64,000 bases of DNA from Octopus sinensis. Lineage: Eukaryota. Positions 24,821 to 37,377 of the stretch are shown piece after piece (position 1 is the stretch's first letter; every line of letters starts with the position of its first letter). Made by a program: the position numbers and the translations under genes. Location: assembly GCF_006345805.1 (NCBI RefSeq), contig NC_043009.1, positions 46,500,001 through 46,564,000 of the forward strand, given 5' to 3'. The notes beneath the pieces were generated by a model that searched no databases, was not told where the DNA came from, and was given only the letters and a program-made list of their open reading frames with translations.

Positions 24821-24923
24821 CACAACGATCATTTCGTCACAATTCTGGACTGCCCCCTAGTGGGTGAGGAACGATATGATGAATTACAATGCACTCCGCA
24901 GTGCAGAAATGTCTCATCAGGTA
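24821..24923 (-). ncRNA. Degenerate hammerhead motif with very long stem II (family E)
   Basis: rc: UAC CUGAUGA gACAUUUCUG c ACUGC...GCAGU c CAGAAUUGU gac GAAAU GAUC GUU GUG; C15.2 changed to U. Confidence 0.5.
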
Positions 24924-27568
24924 GCATAACGGGATTCCAAGTTATAACTTATATATGTTTATATCTATATAAGCGTATTTAGATCATAAGGGATACGGAA
25001 TATATAAGATACGAGAATGTTTATTTATCATTACAATGGTTTCGACCCATCTAGCATCGATCCTTCTCGGGTGGGATACTTAACAGCTGCAATCTAAGCA
25101 AGAATACTTATATATCCATCTCTGTTAACGGTTGTTCGCTTTATTGTGTATTCGTTACTTTTTGCATCTGCTATTTATTATTGATCTTATATAGAAATGA
25201 AGCTGTATCCTTTAATTCGCCGTCTTATATAACACAAACCGAGACGATATCTTGCAGAACAATCGTTATTTTAACGGGATACATTATTCAATCACTTGAA
25301 GAGACACATTTACAACGTCGGAAACTACTAAGGCAGTTAAGTATCCCACGCATGAGAGATCGATGCTTGATAGGACGAAACAAATGTAGTGGTTAATAAA
25401 CACAGTCGTATTCCCAGTTTTTCCGTCTCCTTCATTATTTAGATACCCAAAGAACACTGTGAAAGTGAACGTGTTTGCCCGGGAACCTATGAGTGTGTAT
25501 ACCACACGATGTATTATCTAATATATCTAAGCATATGTACACATGCACATATTATATATAAAGGGACCAACCTTGTCATATTTTGTGTGAGGCTGAATCT
25601 GCCTGAGAACCACGTTAATGTTATGCATATCTGTGGAGTACTCAGCTATTTGTGAGTTAATTTTATCCTCGTGTAGTAATGAAAGGTGAAATCTACAGCC
25701 AATATTTGTTGTGTCTATGATCCTATATATGAACTTTTCTCTGGATTTATGTATCTACTGTCTCTCTCACTTTCTCTCTTTCTCTTTCACCTCCTTTGTG
25801 TCCCTCTTCTCTCCCGCTTTTCACTTAATAATCTGTATATGGATCTACTTCTCTTGCGATGTGACAAACGTTTAAAAGCACAAAACGAACGCCGTCACCA
25901 TTCACTGTTTCATTCTCTTTCTCTCTCACTCTCTCACTTTCTCTCTTACTCCCCCTTTCTCTCTCACTCTCTCTTTCTCTCTTACTTCCTCTCTGTCCTC
26001 CTTTCACTCGCTTTGCCACTTCTTTGAAGTAAGTGTGACGCACACAACAGGTACGTACAAGAACAAGTTAGCGTATTAATATTATATACAAGATTAGAAG
26101 CACGTACGTGTTCTGCAATTTCTAATAATGACATACATTTACTAACTTTAGCAAGATGAAACAATCGATAACTTGAATTACTTTGTGACTGGTACATATC
26201 TTATCAACCACAGGAAGATGAAAGTCAAAAGGAAATTTAAAACAAAAAAAAGGTAAAAATTACCCCAAGTGTAATTTGAGCAGATGTATGGCACGTGACT
26301 ATAAAACGATCAACATTTTGAGCGCCAAATATGCGAATCTGTCATTAACTACCCTTGTCTGTGTTTTCTTTAATATATATATCTTGCGTCATATTTTAAT
26401 TAGCTGCTTCAATTCTTTTGCCGAGACACGAATTCCTTATGTGGAAAAACTTTTATATGAATACACATCAAGCTATCTACAAGTAATTCATCCACACTTC
26501 ATAATCTATGATGCTGTGAAAGGTAACACTCCCTTAGATGAGATAGGTCTAGAGCTCTACTAGTTGACTTCCTTTTCTGTACATGCTTTTAAAATAATCA
26601 TTTAAATGTATTTTCCATTTGCACATTTTATTATTTTATTATTTTTCCTGGTATTGTTTAGAGCAGTTTAAGCTGCATTTATTATCCAGTATTGTGGAAT
26701 CGAGTATAAGGTGAAATAATGTCTTAATACATACTTTAATTCTCCATATATTTACATTTATTTTCAGTTCTTTTGATACTTTGGTTCAAAAAGCAATTAT
26801 TCGTTGAATATTAATGAAAGAAGCGACTCGTTATCTGTTGCAATCTTACTCATAAATAATGAGGACAGACAGACACATTGTATCTTACTGGATTAGAAAG
26901 TGGGTTATTTTCTATATTCACTTTCGAGACTGGACTCGTTCTGTTATAGACTAAAATAATACAAATTAATTTCAAGTTTTATATAAGTTTTAACAGAAAA
27001 TCATATACTTACATGCATATGTGTGTATATGTATTTATCAATACACATACAAGCACAAACACACATTTACATACTCACACACAGACACTCATGCATATAT
27101 GTATGCATGTAAGTTTGTGTATACGTGCATGTATCTGTGTGTGAAAGATTGAAATTCAAACAACAGGAAAAGCATTTGTTTTGTTGTCAGCAACACATTA
27201 ATGAGTTGTGACAAGAAGTTAAGTTGTGATGAAATCCTAGAGAATTTCGTTGCTCATATTTCAAATACTTTGTACTAACAACAATTTATCTTAATTTAAA
27301 ATGTATTCCACTTCGAACCAACGTGTGCCTTTGCTTGGTAAACGGAGAGTATACGTTATCAAAATCAATGATGAAATAAAATAATGATAAACGATATATA
27401 TTTTTTTAATATTCTGATATTTTTCCAAGTATCCTGTTTTATACGGTCTCAAGCAATTACAAAAAGCCCACCCGCCGCCATATATATATATATATATATA
27501 TATATACGTATGTATGTATGTCTGCATGCATGTATCTATCTATAATATATATACGTGTGGTGTGTGTT

Positions 27569-27626
<58 letters not shown>

Positions 27627-27628
<2 letters not shown>

Positions 27629-28020
27629 CGCAGAAGTGGCTGTGTGGTAAGTAGCTTGCTTACTAACAACATGGTTCCGGGTTCAGTCCCACTGCGTGGC
27701 ACCTTGGGCAAGTGTCTTCTACTATAGCTTTGGGCCGACCAAAGCCTCGATTTGGTAGACGGAAACTGAAGGAAGCCCGTCGTATATATGTATATATATA
27801 TATATGTATGTGTGTGTATATGTTTGTGTGTCTGTGTCCCACCAACATCGCTTGACCACCGATGCTGGTGTGTTTACGTCCCCGTAACTTAGCGTTTTGG
27901 CAAAAGAGGCCGATAGAATAAGTACTAGGCTTACAAAGAATAAGTCCTGGGGTCGATTTGCTCGACTAAAAGCAGTGCTCCAGCATAGCTGCAGTAAAAG
28001 GACTGAGACAAGTAAAAGAG
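27627..28020 (+). mobile_element. Full-length OK-type tRNA-derived SINE
   Basis: ggcgcagaagtggctgtgtggtaag...ggttccgggttcagtccc head; tail cagtgctccagcatagctgcagtaaaaggactgagacaagtaaaagag. Confidence 0.9.
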
Positions 28021-28029
28021 TAAAAAGTG

Positions 28030-28430
28030 AGAGTTTATATAAAGGAATACCTAAAATCGGACAAGAACGCAAAATTTCCAAACAGTTCGAAGATACAAAA
28101 AAGGGACAACAAAACATCCAGACAGACGATGCAAAAAAAAAAACAAGGACGGGTCATTCGGAATTTTCTTTCTTCAGTCGAGTTCCAAATTATCTTTGCA
28201 ATTTCGGCTGCTTATACACGAGATTGCTCCAGTCTGGCCAGCATCAAGGAAAAACTAAGCTAAGAGCACTAGAAACCGTGGAAGAAAGTAGCGAATGTAT
28301 ACGATAACAAAGACGAAAAGAAACGGAGAAATGGTACACAAATACAAATGTGAATGAAGGATATTAACAACAGATGTCCTTCGACTAAGGACGAATTAAA
28401 TTAAGCTGGCGCGTGTGGAAGTGAAGCCTT
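28030..28430. mobile_element. Unclassified short interspersed element (family K); related copies 34688-35070 and 35530-35740
   Basis: Shared motifs ggacaagaacg, gcaatttcggctg, ccagc..caaggaaaa.ctaagct among the three loci. Confidence 0.6.
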
Positions 28431-28889
28431 ACGGCAAGGACATATTAGATGACAGGCATAGAGAGGAATATAGATGTTGCAAGGATGCATGCATGCATAC
28501 ATACATACATACATACATACATACATACATACATACATACATACATACATACAACTGTACTATCTGTGTGTAAGGTCTCCGTCGGTCAAAGGTCGTCATG
28601 CAATGAGCAAGCGTGAGTAAATTTTTACGACGAAGGCTCGCATTTGTCCTTGCCTGCACACATGGGACCAGAATCACCGTAGGCGTTAATGTCTGAGCAA
28701 AAATTCCCGAAAGATATACTACAATTGTTTTGCCAGTCCACCGACTGGATTTTTTTCATGTTTGTTGAACTCGAAAATATGAAATATATATATATATGAT
28801 TGATTGATTGATTGATTGATTCTAGTTTCAGCTTATGAGCTGTGGCCATGCTGGGGCACCGCCATTTGGTGTTGCTACTTGGTTTCACT

Positions 28890-29795
28890 TCATGAAGGCT
28901 TTCTAGCAACTGCTATTTGGTACATGAGAGAGTTCGATGCAGCTGCCCTCGTTTGCCCCTCCTGCCGTGAAGTTGGTTCATCTGGGACACCTGACAGGAA
29001 GAGATCCAGCTTCATTTTAAAGACATCTGTATCCACCCCATGCACGTCTCTTAGGTTCTTCGGGAGGATATTGAAGAGCTGTGGGCCTCGGAAGCCCAGG
29101 CTATCACAGAATCTTGTCCTACATCTTGATGGCAAGTTTGGAGTCCTAGGCACCACGCAGTGGCGCCCAGTTCTGGCATTTGCGTAACTCTCGATGCCAA
29201 AGTTCAGGACACTTCCCTCCAGGATCTTCCAGATGTATATTATGGCATATCTTTCCCGCCTACGCTCCAGGGAATATAATTTTAATTTCTTGAGTCTTTC
29301 CCAGTAGCTTACATTCTGCATAGAGGCTATCTTCTTCGTGTAGCTACGTTGGATCTCCTCGAGCTCTGTGATCAACTTGACACTGGATGGTGACCATAAC
29401 TGAGAGCAGTAGTCAAAGTGGCTTAGGACAAGTGTCCTCCAGAGGACCATCATGGTTTCTTGTTCTCTTGTTCTAAAGGTTCTGAGGATCCATCCGGCCA
29501 GTCGTCTACATTTCATTGCCAATTTAGCAACATGTACACGAAAGGTCGCGTCATCACTCATGTAAATACCTAGGTCACGCACTGATTGTGCCTCTGGGAT
29601 TGCTATTCCTCCGGGTCCAGTGTATTCATTGGGTATTGCATTTAGTTTTGCATGCTGATAGTATAGAGCTTGAAACTTTTCAGCATTGAACTGCATGCTA
29701 TTCTTTTCGGCCCACTTGTATATTTTGTCTAGCTCACAGGTGTTTTGTGTCCTCAGGGTTCTGTATTGCCTGTGAAACTTTTGTATCATCTGCAT
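28890..29795 (-). pseudogene. LINE ORF2 C-terminal part (RT thumb/CR1 C-terminus)
   Basis: VRDLGI, LSHFDYCSQLWSP, YSLERRRERY, RGPQLFNILP. Confidence 0.9.
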
Positions 29796-31014
29796 AACTT
29801 GTGATCGTGGCTCTCTGCGTGGCTGAGGGCATGTCTGAGAGGGCCATTATGAACAGTAGTGGTCCCAGAACAGTGCCCTGCGGAACACCGCTCACTATTT
29901 GCGTGTTAATGGAAGTGGCCCCATTGGCCACTACCACCTGATTTCTATCTTTCAGAAAGTCATGAAGCCATTCTCCCAGTTTTCCAACTATGTTGAGATC
30001 ACGCAGTTTGTGACATATCATTCCATGATCGACTTTATCAAAGGCCTTTGCAAAGTCGAGATATATCACTTCCACATTTGAGTGGTTGAGCAGCCGTTTC
30101 AGCACCCAGTCATAGTGTTGTAGGAGCTGAGTTAAACAGCTTCTCCCTGGTCGGAAACCATGTTGGGTGTCGGACAGCAAGTCATTTTCTTCAAGGAAGG
30201 TGATCAGCTTCCTTCTGACTATTCGTTCCATGACCTTGCTGATGTGTGAGGTCAGAGAGATAGGTCTATAGTTCTTGGCTTCCGCTCTGCTACCTCCTTT
30301 ATGAATGGGGCATATTTTACCTTCCTTCAGTTTTCTTGGAAGTTTGCCAGCTGCAAGGAAGCTCTGAAAGAGGAACTGCAGTGGTCTTGCTAGGACTCTC
30401 TTACATGCTTTTAGGAGGATTGCCGGGAATCCATCGGGGCCAGTAGCTGAGTCTGTTTTCATTTCATCTATAGCCTTGATTACATCGTCTTCCTTTATAT
30501 CGATGTAATCTATCGTCGCCGCCTCTGATTTTATATCTGCAGTGGTAAAAAAGTCAGTTGGATTGGTGATTTGGAGATGCCCAAGGGGTGGAGTGAAAAC
30601 ACTCTTGAATTGCTCATTCAGTATTTCACTTACCCTCATTGGTTTTCCTGTAAGTGTGCCATCCTTTTCGAGGAGTGGCCCTATTCTACAGTGCACCGTA
30701 GCTGTTTCTTTGGCATACCTGTAGAAAGCTCTGGGGTTAGATTTTATGTTGTCTATAGCCCAGGCTTCTTTGTCTGCTCTTTCCTTTTCATGGGAGAGTT
30801 TCAGACATTTTTCGATTTCCAACAGTTTTATTTTTAGGCGGGACTTTTCACTGCTTTCAATCTGTTTGTTTAGGCGATTTGAAAATTTTGTACGCCGTCT
30901 CATTAGAATTTTCCTCTCTCTGGGGATTTTGTTCTTGTGTACAGTGGCCTTTCTCTCTGGGACATATTTGTAGCATATGGCTTGCATTACAGACATGAAT
31001 TGTTGAAGTTTCAC
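29734..31014 (-). pseudogene. LINE ORF2 reverse transcriptase core
   Basis: GPDGFP, NYRPISLTS, QHGFRPGRSC, YLDFAKAFDKVDH, GVPQGTVLGPLLF, YADD. Confidence 0.95.
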
Positions 31015-31039
31015 GTCGATGTCTGGCGAGGAGAGACAT

Positions 31040-31867
31040 TTAGGCAGTTTTGTTTGAGGATCTCTTTCTCATTTGTTTCCAGTTTGCCTTATGGTAGTTG
31101 AAGCTGGAAAGATTCTGGGGGTTTCTTGTAGGTTGCATGTCCGTGCTCTCTTTTGGCCCGTACATGGTCAGCTCTATCATGTTGTGATCCGAGAGTAGTG
31201 TCGGTGTCACTTTCACATTATGGATGAGATCCATGTCATTTGTGAAGCAGAGATCCAGTGTGTTACCTGCCCTGGTTGGTTGGAGTATTACCTGCTCCAT
31301 GTACAGGGTGTTGATGAGGTTCAGGAGGGACCTCGCCTGTCCTCGTTCACATCTTGTCATTCCTGGGAGAGAAAGGCCCTCGGGCCATCTGTAATTTGGC
31401 AGATTGAAGTCTCCCATAAGAAGTACACTTATGTGTTGTTCTAATGTGGTTAGAACTTCTTCTATTTTTATAAGGCAGTCTTCAAACTTGCCCACATGGC
31501 TTGGGGCATCTGGAGGGCGATATGTAGCACACACAACTACATCAAGTTGCCTAATATGTACAATTAGTGTGTCACACACCGAGTTTGAGTATGACAAGAG
31601 GACCTGGGGTGTGAGGTCCTCACGGATGTACATAGCAACACCTCCATGACTGTCGGTCCGTAGTACAGCATACTGTGGTATGTGTAACTCCGCATCTGCT
31701 ATATCCGGTTTCAGGTGCGTTTCCGTTAGTGCTATGCATAAGGCTTGATTGCATGCAACAAAATCTCTCAGGAACGGGATTTTTGTCCTGTTACTGAGTG
31801 TTTGCAGTCCTCTGATGTTCAGTAGGAGCATCGAGGTGAGGTGTACGTTGTTGCCGGTGGTGTCCAT
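31040..31867 (-). pseudogene. LINE ORF2 apurinic/apyrimidinic-like endonuclease
   Basis: LNIRGL, ALTETHL, GGVAMY, YRPP, MGDFNLP, PTRAGNTLDLCFTN, SDHN. Confidence 0.95.
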
Positions 31868-31961
31868 CCTGGGTATATATATATATAGAAAGTAAAAATG
31901 CTTGTTTAAACCTGCGTTAACTCCATGTTTTATTCATATATATATATATATATGACATTGT

Positions 31962-32086
31962 GGATGCGCAATGGACCAGTGGTTAGGACGGCAGAATCGC
32001 CGTCGGAGGATCGTGGTTTCGATTCCCAGACCGGGCGTTGCGTGTGTTTATCGAGCGAAGACACCTAAAGCTCCACGAGGCTCCAG
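31962..32086 (+). mobile_element. 3'-truncated tRNA-derived SINE head (same family as 37057-37377)
   Basis: gcgcaatggaccagtggttagg...ggtttcgattcccagaccggg. Confidence 0.75.
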
Positions 32087-34365
32087 GGTGCATAAAAAAA
32101 TATGACATTGCACACAACTCGAAATCTGTTATGCGTGCGTAAAGAAATTCATTTGTTAAAATTAATGAAAATGGATTTCGCAGCAGTTGGTTTTGCAGGA
32201 GAAGTGAACTTATATTTGCTGATAGGTATTAAAATATACACAAATATTGTTGAACTTCTCCTAAAGGTAAACATCACAGTCTATATTGCAGCTGATAAAT
32301 AACATAGGGCTTCATAGAAATAGCTAAGTGATGCTGTTGTCGATCACCAAATTACAACATGTATGTTAAACATTAAGCGACAGAGAAATATAACATCAGG
32401 AATCTTGACTACAAAACAATATTGTGTAAGTTTTAAAGGAAGTTTGAGATGTGAAGTTTGTTGTTTACAGACCTAAGAAAGGGAAAAGAGTTGATAGTTG
32501 GATTTATATCAAATGTAGAATGTTATTAGAACAGTGGAAAAGGAGTGAGAAAATTAACTCTTGGTAGCAGATGACTAAGACGGAAAGTAGAATTCCAAAT
32601 TAAATGTGAGACATGATACAGGACAGGAAGAAATACAACTGAATTTCAAATGAAATGAGAAATAAAGAGAAGAATATTAGATTACTTTGTGAATCTATTA
32701 AATATATTACAGGCTTGGCAAGAAAAAACAGTGTTCACGATTAGAGAAACAGGTGAAATTACTGACTAAAGAAAAACGCACCAAAAATAAACAGAAAAGA
32801 CACTTTGAAACAATAATAAACAAATTAATTCTACAAATTAATAAATGTTTCCCAGATGAATGCAATCTGGACATCGAAACGGGAGAGGAATCACATTAGT
32901 TGAAATGACAAGAGCTGTAAAAGCAATTTCTCATTCATAATGCACCGCATGTTGCATGTATGGTCCCCAAGCTGGTAAAAAATAAAACAATCATAACAGC
33001 AGATGTGTACAAATAACTTTTTACTTGCACTTGGAGAAGACGTGATGATAGAATGGAAAGGTAATTGAAATATGAAATTTAAAAAATCTCACTCGAATTC
33101 GAGAAATGGAAAGAGATCCCTCCGTTACTTTTTTTCGCAGAAAAAAATTTATACAGAATTGAACCAAAGGTCGAGGAGATTCTGTGAAACTTCGAATTCA
33201 GTCTTCAGTATATTATGATACTACTAATTTGAATAATTATGTATAATTACCGAGAGTGTTAAGTCTCATTTTACTCAAGTTCATTTCACTTAACTTTGTT
33301 AATATTCCTAAGGAAGACATAAACATTGTAAACAACTTCTTTCCCTGTTTATGAAGAAGAAAAAGGAAAAATATACCCCAAACATGTGGTTTACTCTGGT
33401 GAATATATAGCCTCCTGTTGATTCGAATGTTACTGACCTTTTATCTAGTATCTGAAATCTGAAGTGTTAATTTGTCTATCGTCGTTTCACCAGTTGACTT
33501 TTAAAATTGTTTTAACATATTTAAACTTCAATTCTAAACGGAATGAAATGGGTTAAAGCGTGAATTCTATATCCTGTTCCCTGGAATCAACCTGTTTACA
33601 ACCCACACAACTTGTGTAATTAAATAGCTGTTGTATTGCCACTTTTACGAGAGTAGATTGCCAATACTATGTAAAAGGATAAACATTTCGTTTGCAAAGC
33701 GGTAGTTTTCCCATAGAGAAAGTTGAACTCAGTACACTGCACTAACAAAACACATGTGAAGATTATATTGTGGATAAATGTATTGAATTTATATCAATTC
33801 ATTACATAAAAGTAAATTCATGCACACAAATATGCACATGCAAGTATATTAATAGACATCTGGTCTTGTGCGAAAATTTGAAACCAATATTTATTGACAT
33901 CTATCTTTCTGCCTACTCATCTCACTCATCAAAGTTACTTAATTCTCATTCAACTTCCTGACATTACACCCCCACCCCATTTTATTGCTCGACCTATTTG
34001 CAGGCATTCAAGATAAAACCGAAGCCCATATCCCAACTATCATATTCTACTCTTCTTCATTTCCTCAAATATGTGTAATATGAAAGTAAGAATATAATAT
34101 TTATATTATAGTTAAAAGGGAAACAAGGTGGGAGTTCTGTGGTGCAGTTGGTATGTTGATCGATGTTGGGTACACATTTCAGTTTCACCGTTGAAATTAC
34201 TGAGATGTTTTCTGTTTCACGTTAGTGGAGGTAATGAGGATGTCTTTCTCACCGTGCTCGTCATTGTTGATAACGATAAATGATAAAGATTACAAAATAA
34301 AATAATACGTTAAGAAATGAATGAGTGGCAGATCATATACATGCTTAAATATATTTTTCTAAACA

Positions 34366-34515
34366 TGAGGCAGCGAGCTGGCAGAAACGTTAGCGCGCCG
34401 GGCGAAACGCTTAGCGGTATTTTGTCTGTCGTTATGTTCTGAGTTCAAATTCCGCCGAGGTTGACTTTGCCTTTCATCCTCTCGGGGTCGATAAATAAAG
34501 TACCAGTTACGCACA
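34366..34515 (+). mobile_element. tRNA-like SINE of another octopus family
   Basis: ggcagcgagctggcagaaacgttagc...gagttcaaattccgccgagg (B box)...ggggtcgataaataaagtaccagtt. Confidence 0.75.
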
Positions 34516-35348
34516 TTATCATATGTATCTATTTTCTCCTCCTCCTTTTCTCTTTTCTTGCCTCTGATGCTTTGGTCTACTCTTCCCCCACTCTCTCACA
34601 TTTATCTGTCTTTCTCACTTTGCACCTCAATGATTCTGTCGCCAAGCCAATCCTTGGCACGCTCTCTTTCTTCTCCCCTCTTTAATTGTAGAAAAATACA
34701 AACTGGGACAAGAACGTAAAACATTTAGAAGACGATACTAGAAACACGGACGGGACATTCGAAGCCTTCAATCTTCCGTCAAGAACCGGATCATCCTCGC
34801 AATTTCGGCTGATTAATCTTGAGATCGCTCCGATCCGGCCAGCTCCAAGGAAAATCTAAGCTCCGAGCATTAGATTTCTTGGAAAAAGGATCGAATGTGT
34901 ACGAAACAAGGACAGAAAAACGGACGATGCCACACGAATATAAATACAAAAAACAATAATAGTAATAACAGGACAAAAACAGCGGGTGTCTTACGACTAA
35001 TAGACAGTACAACTTAGTTTAGCTGGCGTATTACGACTAATAGACAGTACAACTTAGTTTAGCCGAAAGTCTGGTTGACCAGCGGTCACGTGAGAGGAGA
35101 AGAGAGAGAAAAGAAAGGGGGTAAAGGAATCAAAGAGAGAGAGAAAAAGAAGGACGAAGGCACCAAAGGGGGGAGAAGAGAGAGAAAGAAGGAATTAAAG
35201 AGGGGAGAAGAAAGAGAGCGTGCCAAGGATTGGCTTGGCGACGAAATCAGTGAGGTGCAAAGTGAGAAGGACAGAGAAATGTGAGAGAGTGGGGGAAGAG
35301 TAGACCAAAGAATCAGAGGCAAGAAAAGAGAAAGGGAGGAGGAGAAGT

Positions 35349-35391
<43 letters not shown>

Positions 35392-35769
35392 CAGATCAAA
35401 GTAGAGTGCAAAGTGTGAAAGGCAGAGAAATGTAGGAGAGAGAGACAGTGTTATAGAGTCGTACCAAATTTAAAGGAATATGTACATACAAGGCCAAAGA
35501 GGGTACGGGCGTCGCTATATATATTATATGTAGAAAAATACAAACTGGGACAAGAACGTAAAACATTTAGAAGACGATACAAAAAACACGGATGGGACAT
35601 TCGAAGCCTTCAATCTTCAGTCAAGAACCGGATCATCCTTGCAATTTCGGCTGATTAATCTTGAGATCGCTCCGATCCGGCTAGCCCCAAGGAAAAACTA
35701 AGCTACGAGCATTAGATTTCTTGGAAAAAGGATCGAATGTATATATGCGTATGTATGTCTGTTTCGATG

Positions 35770-36210
35770 TATGAACCCCATTTTCTCCAGCCCACCCTTG
35801 TCCTCCTTTAAATGCGCCCGTAACCTACACGATCTACTGATCCGTATCATCTTCTCCTCTTCCCCCTAGTCCCAACCGGATCTTTCCCTTGCTCTAGATC
35901 CCGCTGCCAACACCACCTCCTTCACTGGATCCCACTATCACACTCTCCACATTAGAAACTCCTCCTACAGCTCTTCAAGCATTACCTATTGCATTAGATG
36001 TAATCTCTGTAATACACTCTGCGCACGAACAACCCCGTCGCACGTCATTTCTGCTTGGCCGACCAATCTACCGCTGATATCTCAGTTTTTGGCCTCGCTC
36101 TGCACCACGGATCAATACACTCACGACTCCGCCAGGAACAGCGTTACATTTTCAGTCTACACACACAAATTCCTTTCGAACTCAGCACAACCCATCCTCT
36201 TAACGACTGT
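35770..36210 (+). pseudogene. Penelope-like linker + GIY-YIG remnant
   Basis: FKCARNLHDLL, FPCSRSRC, ITYCIRCNLC, ISVFGLALHHGS..SRLRQEQRYIFSL. Confidence 0.7.
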
Positions 36211-36879
36211 CTCTACAAACTCCTTAAAAAGAACTTTTTGTTTTATTTTAGTTTATTTTATCTTATCTTATCCTCCCTTATACCACTTACTTTTTTACAG
36301 AGTCAGTCTTTTTTCGATTTGTTATCGTTTTCTTTCTGTCGAATTGTTTAACCTTTTAATTGCATTCATTTTTTTTTATAATTGTATTAATTTGATCCCT
36401 TTAATTTTAATTATTTTATTTTTTACTTTTTATCTTGTATCTGTTATTTTTGCAATTTTTATTCATTTTTATATTTTTACATCTTCTACCCTTCCCCCTT
36501 TCCCTCCTTTTTATCGATTTTTTAAATTATATTTTATTTTATTTCTGTATACACACATACATGCACACACGTACATATACAAACACGCACAAATACAAGC
36601 ACACGCGCACACACATGCACACAACACACATACATGCACATACACACGCACACATACATTGTACACACACATACACACACGCACATGCACACGCACACAC
36701 GCGCATACACACACATGCACACAGGAACACACATATACCTCCACACACACACACAGAGAAAGCCACGCACACACTCACATACACACACGCTCATGCGCAT
36801 ACATACATACATACGCATACATACATACATACGCACACACACATGAAAGCACATGTACCTCACATATACCTACCACATG

Positions 36880-37030
36880 TTTTGCTGGTTGCACTTTTCT
36901 ATGCATCCGGCCAAGTGATACAGGCATCTCTCAAGCCATTGTGGTTGATCTGCGCCATGAGGTTTTCGGTCCTCCTCTCTTTCTTTTACCTTCTGCTGGT
37001 GTCCTTTTGAAACCTATTTTAATCTGGAAT
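36880..37030 (-). mobile_element. RTE-type LINE 3' coding fragment
   Basis: rc: TPAEGKRKRGGPKTSWRRST. Confidence 0.5.
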
Positions 37031-37056
37031 AAATGCTCTTAGCTTAGACTTTTTGT

Positions 37057-37377
37057 GGAGGTGCAATGGCCCAGTGGTTAGGGCAGCGGACTCGTGGTCG
37101 TGGGATCGCGGTTTCGATTCCCAGATGTAGATGTTTATTGAACGAAAATACCTAAAATCTCTTTCACCACAACCTTCTCTCTCTTCCTGTTTCTGTTGTA
37201 CTTTTATTTCAAAGGGCCAGCCTTGTCACACACTGTGTCACGCTGACTCTCCCCTATATACGTTAAGGGTACATGTGTCTATGCAGTGCTCAACCAATTA
37301 CACGTTAATTTTACGAGCAAGCTGTTCCGTTGATCGGATCAAGTGGAACCTTCGACGTCATAACCGACGGAGTGCCA
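37057..37377 (+). mobile_element. tRNA-derived SINE with an internal deletion; partial 3' copy at 25559-25680
   Basis: ggaggtgcaatggcccagtggttagggcagcggactc...ggtttcgattccc head; ends gaccgacggagtgcca-like. Confidence 0.8.

Larger units (their letters stand above)
28800..31873 (-). mobile_element. CR1-clade LINE with near-intact ORF2 (APE + RT), ORF1 absent, (AATC)n tail, inserted in (TA)n
   Basis: Three consecutive long ORFs joined by two frameshifts; 3' tail tgattgattg at 28799-28820; (TA)n on both flanks. Confidence 0.95.

Noticed and set aside
27627-27700. tRNA gene (also 37057, 31962, 34366)
   Set aside because: A/B-box heads continue into SINE bodies; no complete cloverleaf.
35590-35625. 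Family K minus-strand CUGAAGA...GAAU GUC as a hammerhead or HDV-like ribozyme (also 28140-28170)
   Set aside because: GAAU instead of GAAA, no stem I complementarity, and no HDV P1/P2 pairing found.
36089-37042. 317-aa ORF
   Set aside because: Chance open frame across a PLE remnant, a T-rich tract and a (CA)n microsatellite; no domain.
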